Shown piece by piece: positions 1-8,733 of a DNA stretch of 20,517 bases; within the stretch, counting starts at the first letter, position 1, and the number at the start of each line of letters is the position of its first letter. The notes beneath the pieces are model-generated. The model was given only the letters and a program-made list of their open reading frames with translations. It was not told the origin of the DNA and searched no databases. Origin of the DNA: an uncultured virus (IMG/VR IMGVR_UViG_3300029309_000011). Lineage: Duplodnaviria > Heunggongvirae > Uroviricota > Caudoviricetes. The position numbers and the translations under genes were made by a program. The stretch spans positions 62,001-82,517 of the IMG/VR virus record IMGVR_UViG_3300029309_000011. One strand, written 5' to 3'.

Positions 1-692
1 ACATCTGGGTCTGTCAAGATCTGTTCATAAGCTTTATGCTCTTGAGACATTTCTTGTAGAAGACTTACAGCTTCAGTTAATTGCTGATTTGTAAGTATTA
101 ATGAATCTTCAATCTGACAAGCATAGTTATTTAAAACTGCTGGAGCATCAGCACCAAAATGATTGATGACTTCAAGGCTGGCTTCACTTACTCCGTTTGC
201 CCTTAGCTGCTGGTCTGTTATCTCCGAAGAAGCTTGGGAAGAGTTGTTGGAGTACGCCTGGCTGTTGTTGTTCGAAGGCGTATAGGTCTGCTGAGCCGGA
301 TTGCTGTACTGGGTTGTTTGTGGGTATCCGTAATTGGCCTGGTCTGCTGCTGGTGTCGTTTGAGATTGTTGACCCTGGAACGGGAATTGGACTGGAGAAC
401 TCAGGAGCCCCACTACCCTGTTGAATGCGTCCTTGTATGGGTTCTCCGCTTGTGGAGTTGCCTGCTGTGGCTGGGAGTTGTACGCTGTAGGGGCTGATGG
501 GTAACCCTGAACCCCCATCTGGGCTTGCACTTGTGGTGCTGGTGCCATCTGTGTTGTCTGTGGTGCCACCCATTGTGGGGAAGTCGCCACGGAAGGTGCT
601 TGGGCTGCTGTTTGAGGAGCCACGTAGCTGGTCTGTGGGGTCTGGGATACTTGGGGTGCCGATTGGGTCTGAGCTGCGGTAGCGTCCTGCAT
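1..692 (-). CDS. Putative capsid scaffolding/head assembly protein (3'-truncated by window; absent from ORF track)
   Basis: ATG at 692-690 with AAAGAGGT SD 5 nt upstream. The frame opens just after a TAA (698-696) and has no stop to position 1. Reads MQDATAAQTQSAPQVSQTPQ... (Q/P/A/T-rich), then helical ...SEASLEVINHFGADAPAVLNNYACQIEDSLILTNQQLTEAVSLLQEMSQEHKAYEQILTDPD. Function inferred from position after the portal. Confidence 0.8.
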   Translation of the reverse strand, partial: MQDATAAQTQSAPQVSQTPQTSYVAPQTAAQAPSVATSPQWVAPQTTQMAPAPQVQAQMGVQGYPSAPTAYNSQPQQATPQAENPYKDAFNRVVGLLSSPVQFPFQGQQSQTTPAADQANYGYPQTTQYSNPAQQTYTPSNNNSQAYSNNSSQASSEITDQQLRANGVSEASLEVINHFGADAPAVLNNYACQIEDSLILTNQQLTEAVSLLQEMSQEHKAYEQILTDPD

Positions 693-2427
693 AAGTTACC
701 TCTTTTTGTAAGCTTTCTAGTGTTCGGTATAAAAATGGAGTGAGATCAAGACGAGGATCTGCTGCCATTGGTAGATTAGGCTGCTGAGGGTGTGGAGTCC
801 TCATCTCTTGATTTATTAAATCAATAAATGAAGAATATGCCCTCTGTACTTCTCCAACCATTCTGAATGGAAAGCCGGAAAGCATTCCCGCAATTTCGTC
901 ATCAGTTTTGGAAGGAAATAAATACTTCAGTGCTTCTATACTATCAACCCCCAATTCTTGAAGGTTTCTAGTAAAGATAGATTGGTTTAATTTATCCTGT
1001 GCCGTATCTTCGTACACAGGACCCATCCATCTCCAAAGTACCGTTCTATCACCGTCTGGTGCAAGTCCTACAACTCCTTGCGGAATCTCTTGTGTTTCTA
1101 TTGCGGTATTAATAGAATCTTGTAATTTTTGTTCGTATTTTGCTTTTTGTTTTCTAAATTTGTCTACTTGTTTTTGATCTTCTATGTCTTCTGGTGGAAC
1201 TGGTAATTTTAAACCTGAAGCAAAAGCAAGTGATTTTCTGAAAATTTGTTCTTCATGAAAAATCATTAATTCGAAACATCTACAAATTCCATAAGTATAA
1301 ATTTGTAAGCATTTCTTTTTAGCTGTTGCACTAACTCGACCATATGCAGATTTAATTTCAGTAGCTGTTACATTAGTAATACTTAAATCATCAATACCAC
1401 CGAGAGCTAATCTAATTTCACTTCTTAATTGTTCTGTATATCTTGCTTGATCTGATCCAACTGGATTAGGAGTTATAAATCCTACACGATCTGATGGTTC
1501 CAAATTAGCAATTACTCTTGGAACTCTCATACCACTGCCAGGTTTTCCTGTATACCCAGCTGGAGATCTTGTTACAGGATCTGATTTGTATGTTGAGCTA
1601 AATAGATTTACATCAGAAGCAAATCCAGACTGACTGGATATACTTGGCCTCTGAACTGTATCAGCATCGCTTTCTACAATGTCTTGTTTGGGTCTAGATG
1701 AAAGAAGAGTTGGATTACCAAAGAATGATAAATTAGCTCTAATATTTTTAACCATTTCATCATGAGCAACAATCTGATTTGATAAGAAATCAAATTCACC
1801 TGCCCCATCTGTTCCAAACGCATCTGGATTATTAAATACTTCTACACATGGAATAAACTCCATTGTATTTTCGACAACCTTTTTATCAAAAGTGGCAAAA
1901 TTTATATTTTCTTGTTCAAATGTTATTTCTTGTTCGCTATGAAATTCTTCTACTTCTTTTGCAGTTATTCTTAATCTCATATATCTTTTGTCTGTATTTA
2001 AACCAACTCCAGAAAAACCTTTGGATGATCTTACCTTGTAAGGATAAATAATAATTACTTCTTCAAGCTCTCCCTCTGGAGAATAATATGTTCTATAAGA
2101 ATCTTTGTTAAACCAATAAAGCCTGTAAGATTTTTCTGTTGGTCTTATATAAAATAATCCTTTCCCGTAAACTAAAAATCTATCCCATATTGCATCTAAC
2201 CTTGCATCTAATTGATTAAATTTAATTACTTGTTGAATAAAATCAAATCTTTGAGTTCCGAGATTATCTTGCAACGGGTAATATTCAACACCTTGTCTAA
2301 TCCCAAACATCTTCATTTGAGATAAATGAGAACTAATTAGCATGGTGTCTGCAGTTCCTTTACCGTCCCTTGTAATGACGGATTTGATCATATCCTCCAG
2401 AACTGATTTGCTATTACTTTCACTCAT
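184..2427 (-). CDS. Putative portal protein with long disordered C-terminal extension
   Basis: 747-aa ORF downstream of terL; portal-like segments (FIPCVEVFNNP..G.GEF, ATEIKSAYG, GVDSIEALKYL); last ~170 aa are S/T/P/G-rich and overlap the next gene. Confidence 0.8.
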   Translation of the reverse strand: MSESNSKSVLEDMIKSVITRDGKGTADTMLISSHLSQMKMFGIRQGVEYYPLQDNLGTQRFDFIQQVIKFNQLDARLDAIWDRFLVYGKGLFYIRPTEKSYRLYWFNKDSYRTYYSPEGELEEVIIIYPYKVRSSKGFSGVGLNTDKRYMRLRITAKEVEEFHSEQEITFEQENINFATFDKKVVENTMEFIPCVEVFNNPDAFGTDGAGEFDFLSNQIVAHDEMVKNIRANLSFFGNPTLLSSRPKQDIVESDADTVQRPSISSQSGFASDVNLFSSTYKSDPVTRSPAGYTGKPGSGMRVPRVIANLEPSDRVGFITPNPVGSDQARYTEQLRSEIRLALGGIDDLSITNVTATEIKSAYGRVSATAKKKCLQIYTYGICRCFELMIFHEEQIFRKSLAFASGLKLPVPPEDIEDQKQVDKFRKQKAKYEQKLQDSINTAIETQEIPQGVVGLAPDGDRTVLWRWMGPVYEDTAQDKLNQSIFTRNLQELGVDSIEALKYLFPSKTDDEIAGMLSGFPFRMVGEVQRAYSSFIDLINQEMRTPHPQQPNLPMAADPRLDLTPFLYRTLESLQKEVTYAGRYRSSDPIGTPSIPDPTDQLRGSSNSSPSTFRGDFPTMGGTTDNTDGTSTTSASPDGGSGLPISPYSVQLPATAGNSTSGEPIQGRIQQGSGAPEFSSPIPVPGSTISNDTSSRPGQLRIPTNNPVQQSGSADLYAFEQQQPGVLQQLFPSFFGDNRPAAKGKRSK

Positions 2428-2444
2428 TAGATTAAGAACCTAGT

Positions 2445-2627
2445 TTATTGATCAATGGTGTATCCAGCGTGAAGACGTTTAAATGTCAATACATCCCCCT
2501 CACATTCTACTTCAAACCTTTCATTAGGCTCAAGTGCCAAATCATGACATAGCTCATCAGGAAGAGGAATTACAGCAGATCCATATGCATCTTGCTCTAA
2601 TTCAATTTTGTAATACGTTGGTGCCAT
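2445..2627 (-). CDS. AbrB/MazE/SpoVT-like small DNA-binding protein
   Basis: GSAVIPLPDELCHDLALEPNERFEVECEGDVLTFKR fits the swapped-hairpin pattern (IPLP..L...L.L..G/N..v.+.....+.+). Confidence 0.7.
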   Translation of the reverse strand: MAPTYYKIELEQDAYGSAVIPLPDELCHDLALEPNERFEVECEGDVLTFKRLHAGYTIDQ

Positions 2628-2655
2628 TGTTTGTTAATACTAATAGTTTAAGTGG

Positions 2656-4179
2656 TCAATACTCTAACTCAAGTTTGCCACGGGTCATTAACCCATTACA
2701 TAGCCATACTAAGGCATCAACACAATCGTCATGTGAGCTAACCCCAAAATTTATAATCTCATCTGTTAAATAACCCATCTTTCGATACTTATTAAAAATG
2801 ATTTTTCTTTGTTCAAAAAGCCCCATGATCCCACGGAATCTTGCAACCTTATCCCCACGAAATCCTTTTACAGGATGCCATATCAAATTATATAATCCTT
2901 GCTCTTGTAAACATATTCTTTTGAAATCTGCCTCTAATGAAGCTTGATAGGCAACCGCCTCTGACCATACATCAATAGAACTACCTGTAGGAAAATAATT
3001 TTTTCCGTCTTTATGAATAATTCCCCATTCTTCCATCATTTCCATCAAAATTTCTAATTTTTCTAAATTTCCCATTACTCGAACTCTTTTACAATCTATG
3101 ATGTGAATTTTATCTTTTACCCTGCCACCCATGACAAAAACTGTATAATCATTTTGTTCTCTAATACCAGCGGATAAATCAACCCCAACTCCTAACGTGT
3201 CAAACTCTGTAGATATAGTTCCTTTAACAATTAAATCTGGAGAAAGAGATAATTCACTAGTTTGCACAATTTGATTTTGATATTGAAAACTAAATGCAAT
3301 TGGGGCTGTTCTTCTCCTTTCACTCAAATATTCGAGTGACCACATATCCGGCCAATAAGATATTTCTTCACCCTCTTCATCAACAGTAATTGCAGATTGA
3401 ACTATTTGTTTCCAGCCACCTGATGGTAAAAAAGTTGTATTGTGAATATCATCATGTCTAAATCTAGTTCCTAAACAAATAGCTCTTGCACCTTCGAACA
3501 TAGTTGGAACAATAACTGCATTCCAGTTATCTTCCATAGCTTGTCGAATATCTTTATTTTTAATATCGTCAGAACTTTTTATTGCGTCATCTATTATGCA
3601 AAGATGTGATCTTTTTGAAGTAACAGCACCTTTTAATCCAGCACAACATACACTAAATTCTTCTTCACCTGTAGATTTTATTCCTGCAAATTTCCAATCA
3701 ATACTCCAGTATTCATTAGAATTTATTCCTTTCGCAATCTTTACCATTGGAAAAATTTCTTTATAAATTTTACTCTCTTCAATAATTCTTTTTATTGCTG
3801 CACTTTTAGGTCTAGCTACATCAACTGTATAAGAAATATATAAAATTTTTAGAGGCATTTTATTTAAGGCATGTATACCAATAGCCCAAGCTGTGTATAG
3901 TCCTAAAACTGTTGATTTGGCAGAACCTCTAGGGGCAAGAATATCGATATTTGGACCGGCAATACCTTTTAAACAAACACTATCAGTATCAGTACAAAGA
4001 TATTTATGCCATTCAAGATGGTGTTTTGCTGGAGGTTTTCCCCCTACAACATCACAAAAATATGCAAAATTTTTCCTAGCCTTTTCAACATCTACATTAG
4101 AAGTTTTTTTTACTACTTGTTGTTTTGCAGCTGCTCTAGCTGTGCGTCTATAAACGCTATAAAGACTTGTACCTGCCAT
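2656..4179 (-). CDS. terL: Terminase large subunit
   Basis: Walker A APRGSAKST, Walker B LCIIDD, coupling motif GTRF, RNase H-like nuclease GVDLS / NDYT / HDDCVDA. Confidence 0.95.
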   Translation of the reverse strand: MAGTSLYSVYRRTARAAAKQQVVKKTSNVDVEKARKNFAYFCDVVGGKPPAKHHLEWHKYLCTDTDSVCLKGIAGPNIDILAPRGSAKSTVLGLYTAWAIGIHALNKMPLKILYISYTVDVARPKSAAIKRIIEESKIYKEIFPMVKIAKGINSNEYWSIDWKFAGIKSTGEEEFSVCCAGLKGAVTSKRSHLCIIDDAIKSSDDIKNKDIRQAMEDNWNAVIVPTMFEGARAICLGTRFRHDDIHNTTFLPSGGWKQIVQSAITVDEEGEEISYWPDMWSLEYLSERRRTAPIAFSFQYQNQIVQTSELSLSPDLIVKGTISTEFDTLGVGVDLSAGIREQNDYTVFVMGGRVKDKIHIIDCKRVRVMGNLEKLEILMEMMEEWGIIHKDGKNYFPTGSSIDVWSEAVAYQASLEADFKRICLQEQGLYNLIWHPVKGFRGDKVARFRGIMGLFEQRKIIFNKYRKMGYLTDEIINFGVSSHDDCVDALVWLCNGLMTRGKLELEY

Positions 4180-4203
4180 GTCTAAAGCATAGCGTATTTT
4201 CTA

Positions 4204-4689
4204 TTAAGATTCTTCCTGAAGTATTTTTGTCCATACTCCCATAGATGCTTCTTGTAAAGGACCCTCGATAGGATCATCTCGAAAAATAGATAACATTTCT
4301 CTTAATGCTCTATCAGCTCCAGCAAGAATTAATCCTTGTTTATCCATAAGAACTTTTTTATCATCTAATTGTTTTATTGCTCCACGTAATTCTTTTTGTA
4401 ACATTGCAATTCTTGCAGCACCCATATCTTGCTTTACTAAACCCATGTCAATAGCTTGCCTAAGTTTTGAAATGTCATCCTGCATATTATCTATCTCTCT
4501 TTCTAAAACTATGTTGAAATTTCGTTTTTTAAATTCTTTTTCTGTCCATTCGTTACACTCCACTATCGTCCCTTGAAATCCTAAAAATCGGGAAAATAAA
4601 TATATCTGTACTGGAGAAGCTGTCTTTTTACAAAATTCAAGAAAGGATTCACGATCTTTGTTATTTAAAGACTGAATCCATTTCTTCAT
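4204..4689 (-). CDS. Putative terminase small subunit
   Basis: 161-aa helical/coiled-coil ORF immediately upstream of terL; positional inference only. Confidence 0.5.
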   Translation of the reverse strand: MKKWIQSLNNKDRESFLEFCKKTASPVQIYLFSRFLGFQGTIVECNEWTEKEFKKRNFNIVLEREIDNMQDDISKLRQAIDMGLVKQDMGAARIAMLQKELRGAIKQLDDKKVLMDKQGLILAGADRALREMLSIFRDDPIEGPLQEASMGVWTKILQEES

Positions 4690-5537
4690 ACTCTATAAGA
4701 ACCTCTTGCTTGTTGAAAATCTCTATTCTCTTTATAGCGTCTAAACATCTCTCTTTGCAACTCTGTAGATCTTTGTTCTGCTGCTGTTCTGCTAACAGTT
4801 GATCTTTGTTCTTGCCCAGTAGTTCTGATGCCAGCTCTCTGTTCCTCCCCAGTAACCCTTGTAGTAGCTCTTGTTTCCTGTCCAGAGGTTCTTCTTAAAG
4901 CTCTATCTTGTTCCCCTGTTGTTCTAATTCCAGCTCTCTGTTCCTCCCCAGTAACCCTAGTAGTCGCTCTAGTTTCTTGTCCAGTAGTTCTTATACCTGC
5001 TCTTTGTTCTTGCCCTGTAGTTCTTATCCCTGCCCTTTGCTGTCTACCAGTCTCTGCTGTTCCAAGACGATCTTGTAGTCCGGTTTCTCTGATGCCGGCT
5101 CTTTGTTCTAAACCTCTTCTCTGTTCAGTTAAACGTGTCTGTGATCCTTCTATTCTTCTTAAATCTCTTTGTTCAGTTCCTTGTGTTCGTAGAATAGACC
5201 TTTCCTGCTCTCCTCTTAGTCCTATTTGCCTTTCTTGTTGATTTGCTAATTGAGCTTGAGTTGCTCTTTCTTGTAAAGCTCTATTTGTTTCTGTAAGCCT
5301 AGTTTCCTGTCCGGCAACTTGTGTAGATAATCTATTTTCTGCCGCAGTTGCTTGAGTTCTTCTTATGTCTTGAGTAGCAAAGGCTTCTGCGTTTATCCGA
5401 TCTAATTCTGCTCCTAATTCTTGATTCAATCTTTGTTGTTTTTGTGCAGCTTCATTAAGAGCTATTTGTGTGTCTAAACTTTGTGATGGTACCTGAACAA
5501 CTATGTTCCCTAAATCCGATAATGTTTCTTCTTCCAT
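4686..5537 (-). CDS. 11-residue-repeat coiled-coil protein, putative virion/DNA-ejection protein
   Basis: Tandem hendecads such as EQRAGIRTTGQ, ETRATTRVTGE, QDRALRRTSGQ; 4-nt overlap with the next gene. Confidence 0.75.
   Translation of the reverse strand: MEEETLSDLGNIVVQVPSQSLDTQIALNEAAQKQQRLNQELGAELDRINAEAFATQDIRRTQATAAENRLSTQVAGQETRLTETNRALQERATQAQLANQQERQIGLRGEQERSILRTQGTEQRDLRRIEGSQTRLTEQRRGLEQRAGIRETGLQDRLGTAETGRQQRAGIRTTGQEQRAGIRTTGQETRATTRVTGEEQRAGIRTTGEQDRALRRTSGQETRATTRVTGEEQRAGIRTTGQEQRSTVSRTAAEQRSTELQREMFRRYKENRDFQQARGSYRV
4760..5330 (-). repeat. 33-nt-period coding tandem repeat with a 99-nt higher-order duplication
   Basis: Exact 29-mer ccagctctctgttcctccccagtaaccct at 4831 and 4930 (offset 99). 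Boundaries approximate. Confidence 0.9.
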
Positions 5538-5578
5538 TTTTTTTCTAATCTAATATTTTAATTTTAACTTAGACTATT

Positions 5579-6499
5579 TTATGCACTGAAACTTACGTTT
5601 CTTGGATTCACTCCAATAGCAGCCATTCTTGTAGCTGCGTCCTGTGCAGCTGCAATTGCAGCAGCTTGTTGAGCAAATCCTGTATCACCTGCCAACAAAC
5701 GTGTCTGTACAGCATTAGGCATTCCTTGTTTAATTGCCTCTGCATCTAAAAGCTGCTGTTGTTTAAATGATGTTATATCTTTCAGCGTATTTGTGACAAA
5801 AGGCATATTAGCTCTCATAACTGCTGATTCTAAAGCTGTATCTATTAATTTATTTTTTCTATTAATTCCAGCCATTTTTGTATTAAAATCTATTATTGCT
5901 TCGGCAGCTTCTTTGGTACTCTCTACTGGATTTTTGCTCACCTCCTCAATTTCAGTCTTTAATTGATCTTTAATTGTTTTACTTAATTTAAAATCAGTAG
6001 GTTGTCCACCAAAACCTCTAAGGGATTTTGCACTTCCAAATAATCCACCACCTTGCTGATCAAAATCGGTAAGACCAAATGTTGAGGCATCAAGAATTTG
6101 TGCTAAAGCTCCTTGTAGACCTGTAGGTCTATTTTTACCTACAAGTCTTTTTAATTTAGGATCATATTCCTGTTCGTAAAATTCTGCACCCCCAATTTGA
6201 GCAGGTGTAGGAAAGAAACGTAAACCACTTTTTTTCATTTTTTCTACGAAAGTATCAGCTTTTTTTGCAACCGGTACTACAGGAATTAAATTTCTACCGC
6301 CTCCAAGCTCTCTTAGAGCTGCTTCCATAGGAATTTCTTTAAATTCTGCAAGCTCAGAAACAGTTAGAGGTATTTTTTGATTAATTTTTTTATTTTCTTC
6401 TTTTAAATCAACATCTCTTTTTCCAGAACCAAGATCAAGACCCTTGAAATTGAATAAGTCTGAGTCGATGTCTGAGAAGTCTAAAAGGTAATCATTCAT
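5579..6499 (-). CDS. Hypothetical protein, putative internal virion protein
   Basis: 306-aa ORF in late operon; Ala/Gln-rich helical C-terminus. Confidence 0.7.
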   Translation of the reverse strand: MNDYLLDFSDIDSDLFNFKGLDLGSGKRDVDLKEENKKINQKIPLTVSELAEFKEIPMEAALRELGGGRNLIPVVPVAKKADTFVEKMKKSGLRFFPTPAQIGGAEFYEQEYDPKLKRLVGKNRPTGLQGALAQILDASTFGLTDFDQQGGGLFGSAKSLRGFGGQPTDFKLSKTIKDQLKTEIEEVSKNPVESTKEAAEAIIDFNTKMAGINRKNKLIDTALESAVMRANMPFVTNTLKDITSFKQQQLLDAEAIKQGMPNAVQTRLLAGDTGFAQQAAAIAAAQDAATRMAAIGVNPRNVSFSA

Positions 6500-6500
6500 C

Positions 6501-7274
6501 TTAGTAGTTGTACTGTTGAGTTAAAGCTTGACCAGCTTGCTGGGCAGCTGTAGTTCCCAAGTTTCTTGTAGCATCAGCCATCCCTAGAGTCAATGCTGCA
6601 TTAGTTGCAATATTTTGAGCAATACCTCTTGAAGCCATGCTTCTAGCAAAGTCATCTTTCTTAGCCTGCTCAGAAAACTTACGTAATGTAGGTAGAACAA
6701 TGTTTGTTGCATCTCTTAAAGATTGAGCATCTTTTTGAGTTCTTAATCTTCTACCAGCATCTAAACCAAGTGGGCTAACAACATCAAGAGGATAACCAGT
6801 TGGACCTACATTTCCATATGGTCCCATCCCTGGTGGTAAAGGAACTCCTCCCATACCTTCATTACCAATCGTTCCATATCCTGCTAATCCAAGAGCTCCA
6901 CTAGCAACATTCTTAGTTGGTCCACCTAAAACATTAGCTGCTGATCCTCCAGCAAGGGCACCTAATCCTAATGGAATTCCAGCTTGAGCCACACCCTGTA
7001 ATGCTGCTATATTTCCTGGAGTTAAACCTGCTTTTGTTCCTGCAGAAAATATTCCTTTAAGTGCTGGTTTTGTTGCCATTCCAGCTGCAGAGCCTAAACC
7101 TAAAGTACCTATAGCTCCTAATCCGCCACCAACTACAGCTCCTCCTAAATCTCCTCTCATTAATGAAGGGAGTGCACCTGAAGTAATACCAGCTGCTCTA
7201 AGAAGGAAAGGTAATTTAGCTGCACCTACTTTAGCCAATGGTGCCAGAAACATACCTGCTAACGGAATTCCCAT
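6501..7274 (-). CDS. Gly/Ala-rich hydrophobic protein, putative membrane-penetrating ejection/pilot protein
   Basis: Glycine-zipper segments (GDLGGAVVGGGLGAIGTLGLG, GIPLGLGALAGG) followed by an A/Q-rich helix. Function inferred. Confidence 0.65.
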   Translation of the reverse strand: MGIPLAGMFLAPLAKVGAAKLPFLLRAAGITSGALPSLMRGDLGGAVVGGGLGAIGTLGLGSAAGMATKPALKGIFSAGTKAGLTPGNIAALQGVAQAGIPLGLGALAGGSAANVLGGPTKNVASGALGLAGYGTIGNEGMGGVPLPPGMGPYGNVGPTGYPLDVVSPLGLDAGRRLRTQKDAQSLRDATNIVLPTLRKFSEQAKKDDFARSMASRGIAQNIATNAALTLGMADATRNLGTTAAQQAGQALTQQYNY

Positions 7275-7312
7275 TTTCTCTTTTATAAAATTCTTATTAG
7301 CAATATTCTAAA

Positions 7313-7537
7313 TTAACTATTCTTTGCCTTTAGTTCTTTTTTTGCTTCTCTCATATATTCATATAAAACGTCCATATTTAACATCAAAATACCATCGATT
7401 TCTACAACAGCCTCTGGAATAATTTCTTGTACCTGTTGAGCAGAAAAACCTGCCCTTAACTTTTGTTCTGGATCAAGTTCTTTTTTATATCTAAACTGTA
7501 TAGGTTGTAATTTTTTTAATTTCTCAAGAGCACTCAT
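7313..7537 (-). CDS. Stand-alone C-terminal part of a Peptidase_S74 (intramolecular chaperone) domain
   Basis: ALEKLKKLQPIQFRYK...RAGFSAQQVQEIIPEAV plus terminal coiled coil match the S74 consensus; the S-D-x-R-L-K start is absent. Confidence 0.85.
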   Translation of the reverse strand: MSALEKLKKLQPIQFRYKKELDPEQKLRAGFSAQQVQEIIPEAVVEIDGILMLNMDVLYEYMREAKKELKAKNS

Positions 7538-8153
7538 TTAAATCTTTTACAAAGAAAGCACATTCTGATAATACGTCATTTACCTCTGATTTTTGTAAGA
7601 GAGTAATATCCTCTTTTAATCTGATATCACAGAGAAATCCGCCTAACACTCCTCCAACTATTCCTCCTACTCCTGGGAAAAGTGCATTACCAAGTACTGA
7701 ACCAGCCATTCTGCCAACACTACTCTTAGCTTGTCTTGCTTCGGCTGCTTTTTGTATTTCTTGTTGATTTTTTAGGGCTATTGCTTCATTCACAGCATTA
7801 TTATTTCCTCTCCGAATAGAAAGGTTAGGTCCAACTTGAGAAAATCCAGAATCACCTCCTTTTCCCAAACCAGAAACAAAATCAAAAAATCTTTCTTGCG
7901 AACTTTTTTCTACTGGTCTGTATGTTTTGTAGGGATCTTCATCTGTAAACATTTTTTTAAGTGCTTCGTTTTGTGTAAATCCTCTATCTATAAATTTATC
8001 TAAAAATGATTTCTCTTTTCCTGGAGGAGAATAAATATCACCAAAATCTGGCATATTTTCAACATAATCTTTTGCTTTTGGACCGGTAAAAAATGGTGAA
8101 GGACTTTTTCTCTCCTGTAATAGTCCAAAAAAGCTAGGCATCGAATCTGTCAT
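7524..8153 (-). CDS. Putative virion/ejection protein ending in a glycine zipper plus S74-like CDIRLKEDI motif
   Basis: C-terminus GRMAGSVLGNALFPGVGGIVGGVLGGFL-CDIRLKEDI; AAAGGA SD-like sequence upstream. Confidence 0.75.
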   Translation of the reverse strand: MTDSMPSFFGLLQERKSPSPFFTGPKAKDYVENMPDFGDIYSPPGKEKSFLDKFIDRGFTQNEALKKMFTDEDPYKTYRPVEKSSQERFFDFVSGLGKGGDSGFSQVGPNLSIRRGNNNAVNEAIALKNQQEIQKAAEARQAKSSVGRMAGSVLGNALFPGVGGIVGGVLGGFLCDIRLKEDITLLQKSEVNDVLSECAFFVKDLNECS

Positions 8154-8185
8154 AAAATTATCCTTTTTTATAAATTATAAAATCC

Positions 8186-8731
8186 CTACGCACGAAGTCC
8201 TGTTCCATATAACCCTCTTCCAAATATACCTACCTCATCTAAAATACTTTTTTCAAAGGCTCTATCTCCCATACCACCATATAAAGATCCCGGATATTGT
8301 GCTCCTGGAACTCTAGACTCAGCTCTTGCTTGTACCAGCATCATGTCATGCATAAACTTCTGATTCTGTAATTGCTGCTGCTGTAAAAGAGCCTGCATTT
8401 CAGCATTTCCTAGTCCAGAAGTCATGGGTTGACTATATTCAGATTGTTGATCCATCATATTAGCTGCTGCAAAACCTGTTCCTATCACTGCTGCTTGACC
8501 AGCTAATTTGCCTACCTGCGGAACTACAGAACTAGGATTATTTCTAAGTAATCTTGGAACTTCTTTTCCAACTTTTCCTGCTAATTCTGGAGCAAACCTT
8601 TGGACTCCATAATTCAAAGCAGCTGTTGCAGCATCCTGTCCTACCTTTCCACCAATATCTAAAGCTTTATCTAAATATCCACCAAGCTGACTTCCAGCAG
8701 TTCTTAAAAAACTTTTTGCTATTTGATTCAT
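8186..8731 (-). CDS. Hypothetical Gly/Ala/Gln-rich protein (putative virion protein)
   Basis: 181-aa ORF, co-oriented, 2-nt gap to upstream gene. Confidence 0.7.
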   Translation of the reverse strand: MNQIAKSFLRTAGSQLGGYLDKALDIGGKVGQDAATAALNYGVQRFAPELAGKVGKEVPRLLRNNPSSVVPQVGKLAGQAAVIGTGFAAANMMDQQSEYSQPMTSGLGNAEMQALLQQQQLQNQKFMHDMMLVQARAESRVPGAQYPGSLYGGMGDRAFEKSILDEVGIFGRGLYGTGLRA

Positions 8732-8733
8732 AA

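Noticed and set aside
197..743. Plus-strand ORFs 197-424, 234-497, 497-682, 525-743
   Set aside because: Antisense shadows of the GC-richer dual-coding portal/scaffold region; odd Cys/Trp/Leu-rich composition.
4828..5241. Plus-strand repetitive Cys-rich ORF
   Set aside because: Antisense mirror of the 33-nt coding repeat.
4760..5330. Possible CRISPR array (regular repeats)
   Set aside because: Degenerate in-frame coding repeats without unique spacers.
7536..7542. T-TTA-AAT slippery heptamer fusing the two S74 halves by -1 frameshift
   Set aside because: A -1 shift meets TGA immediately; the downstream ORF is in the +1 frame.
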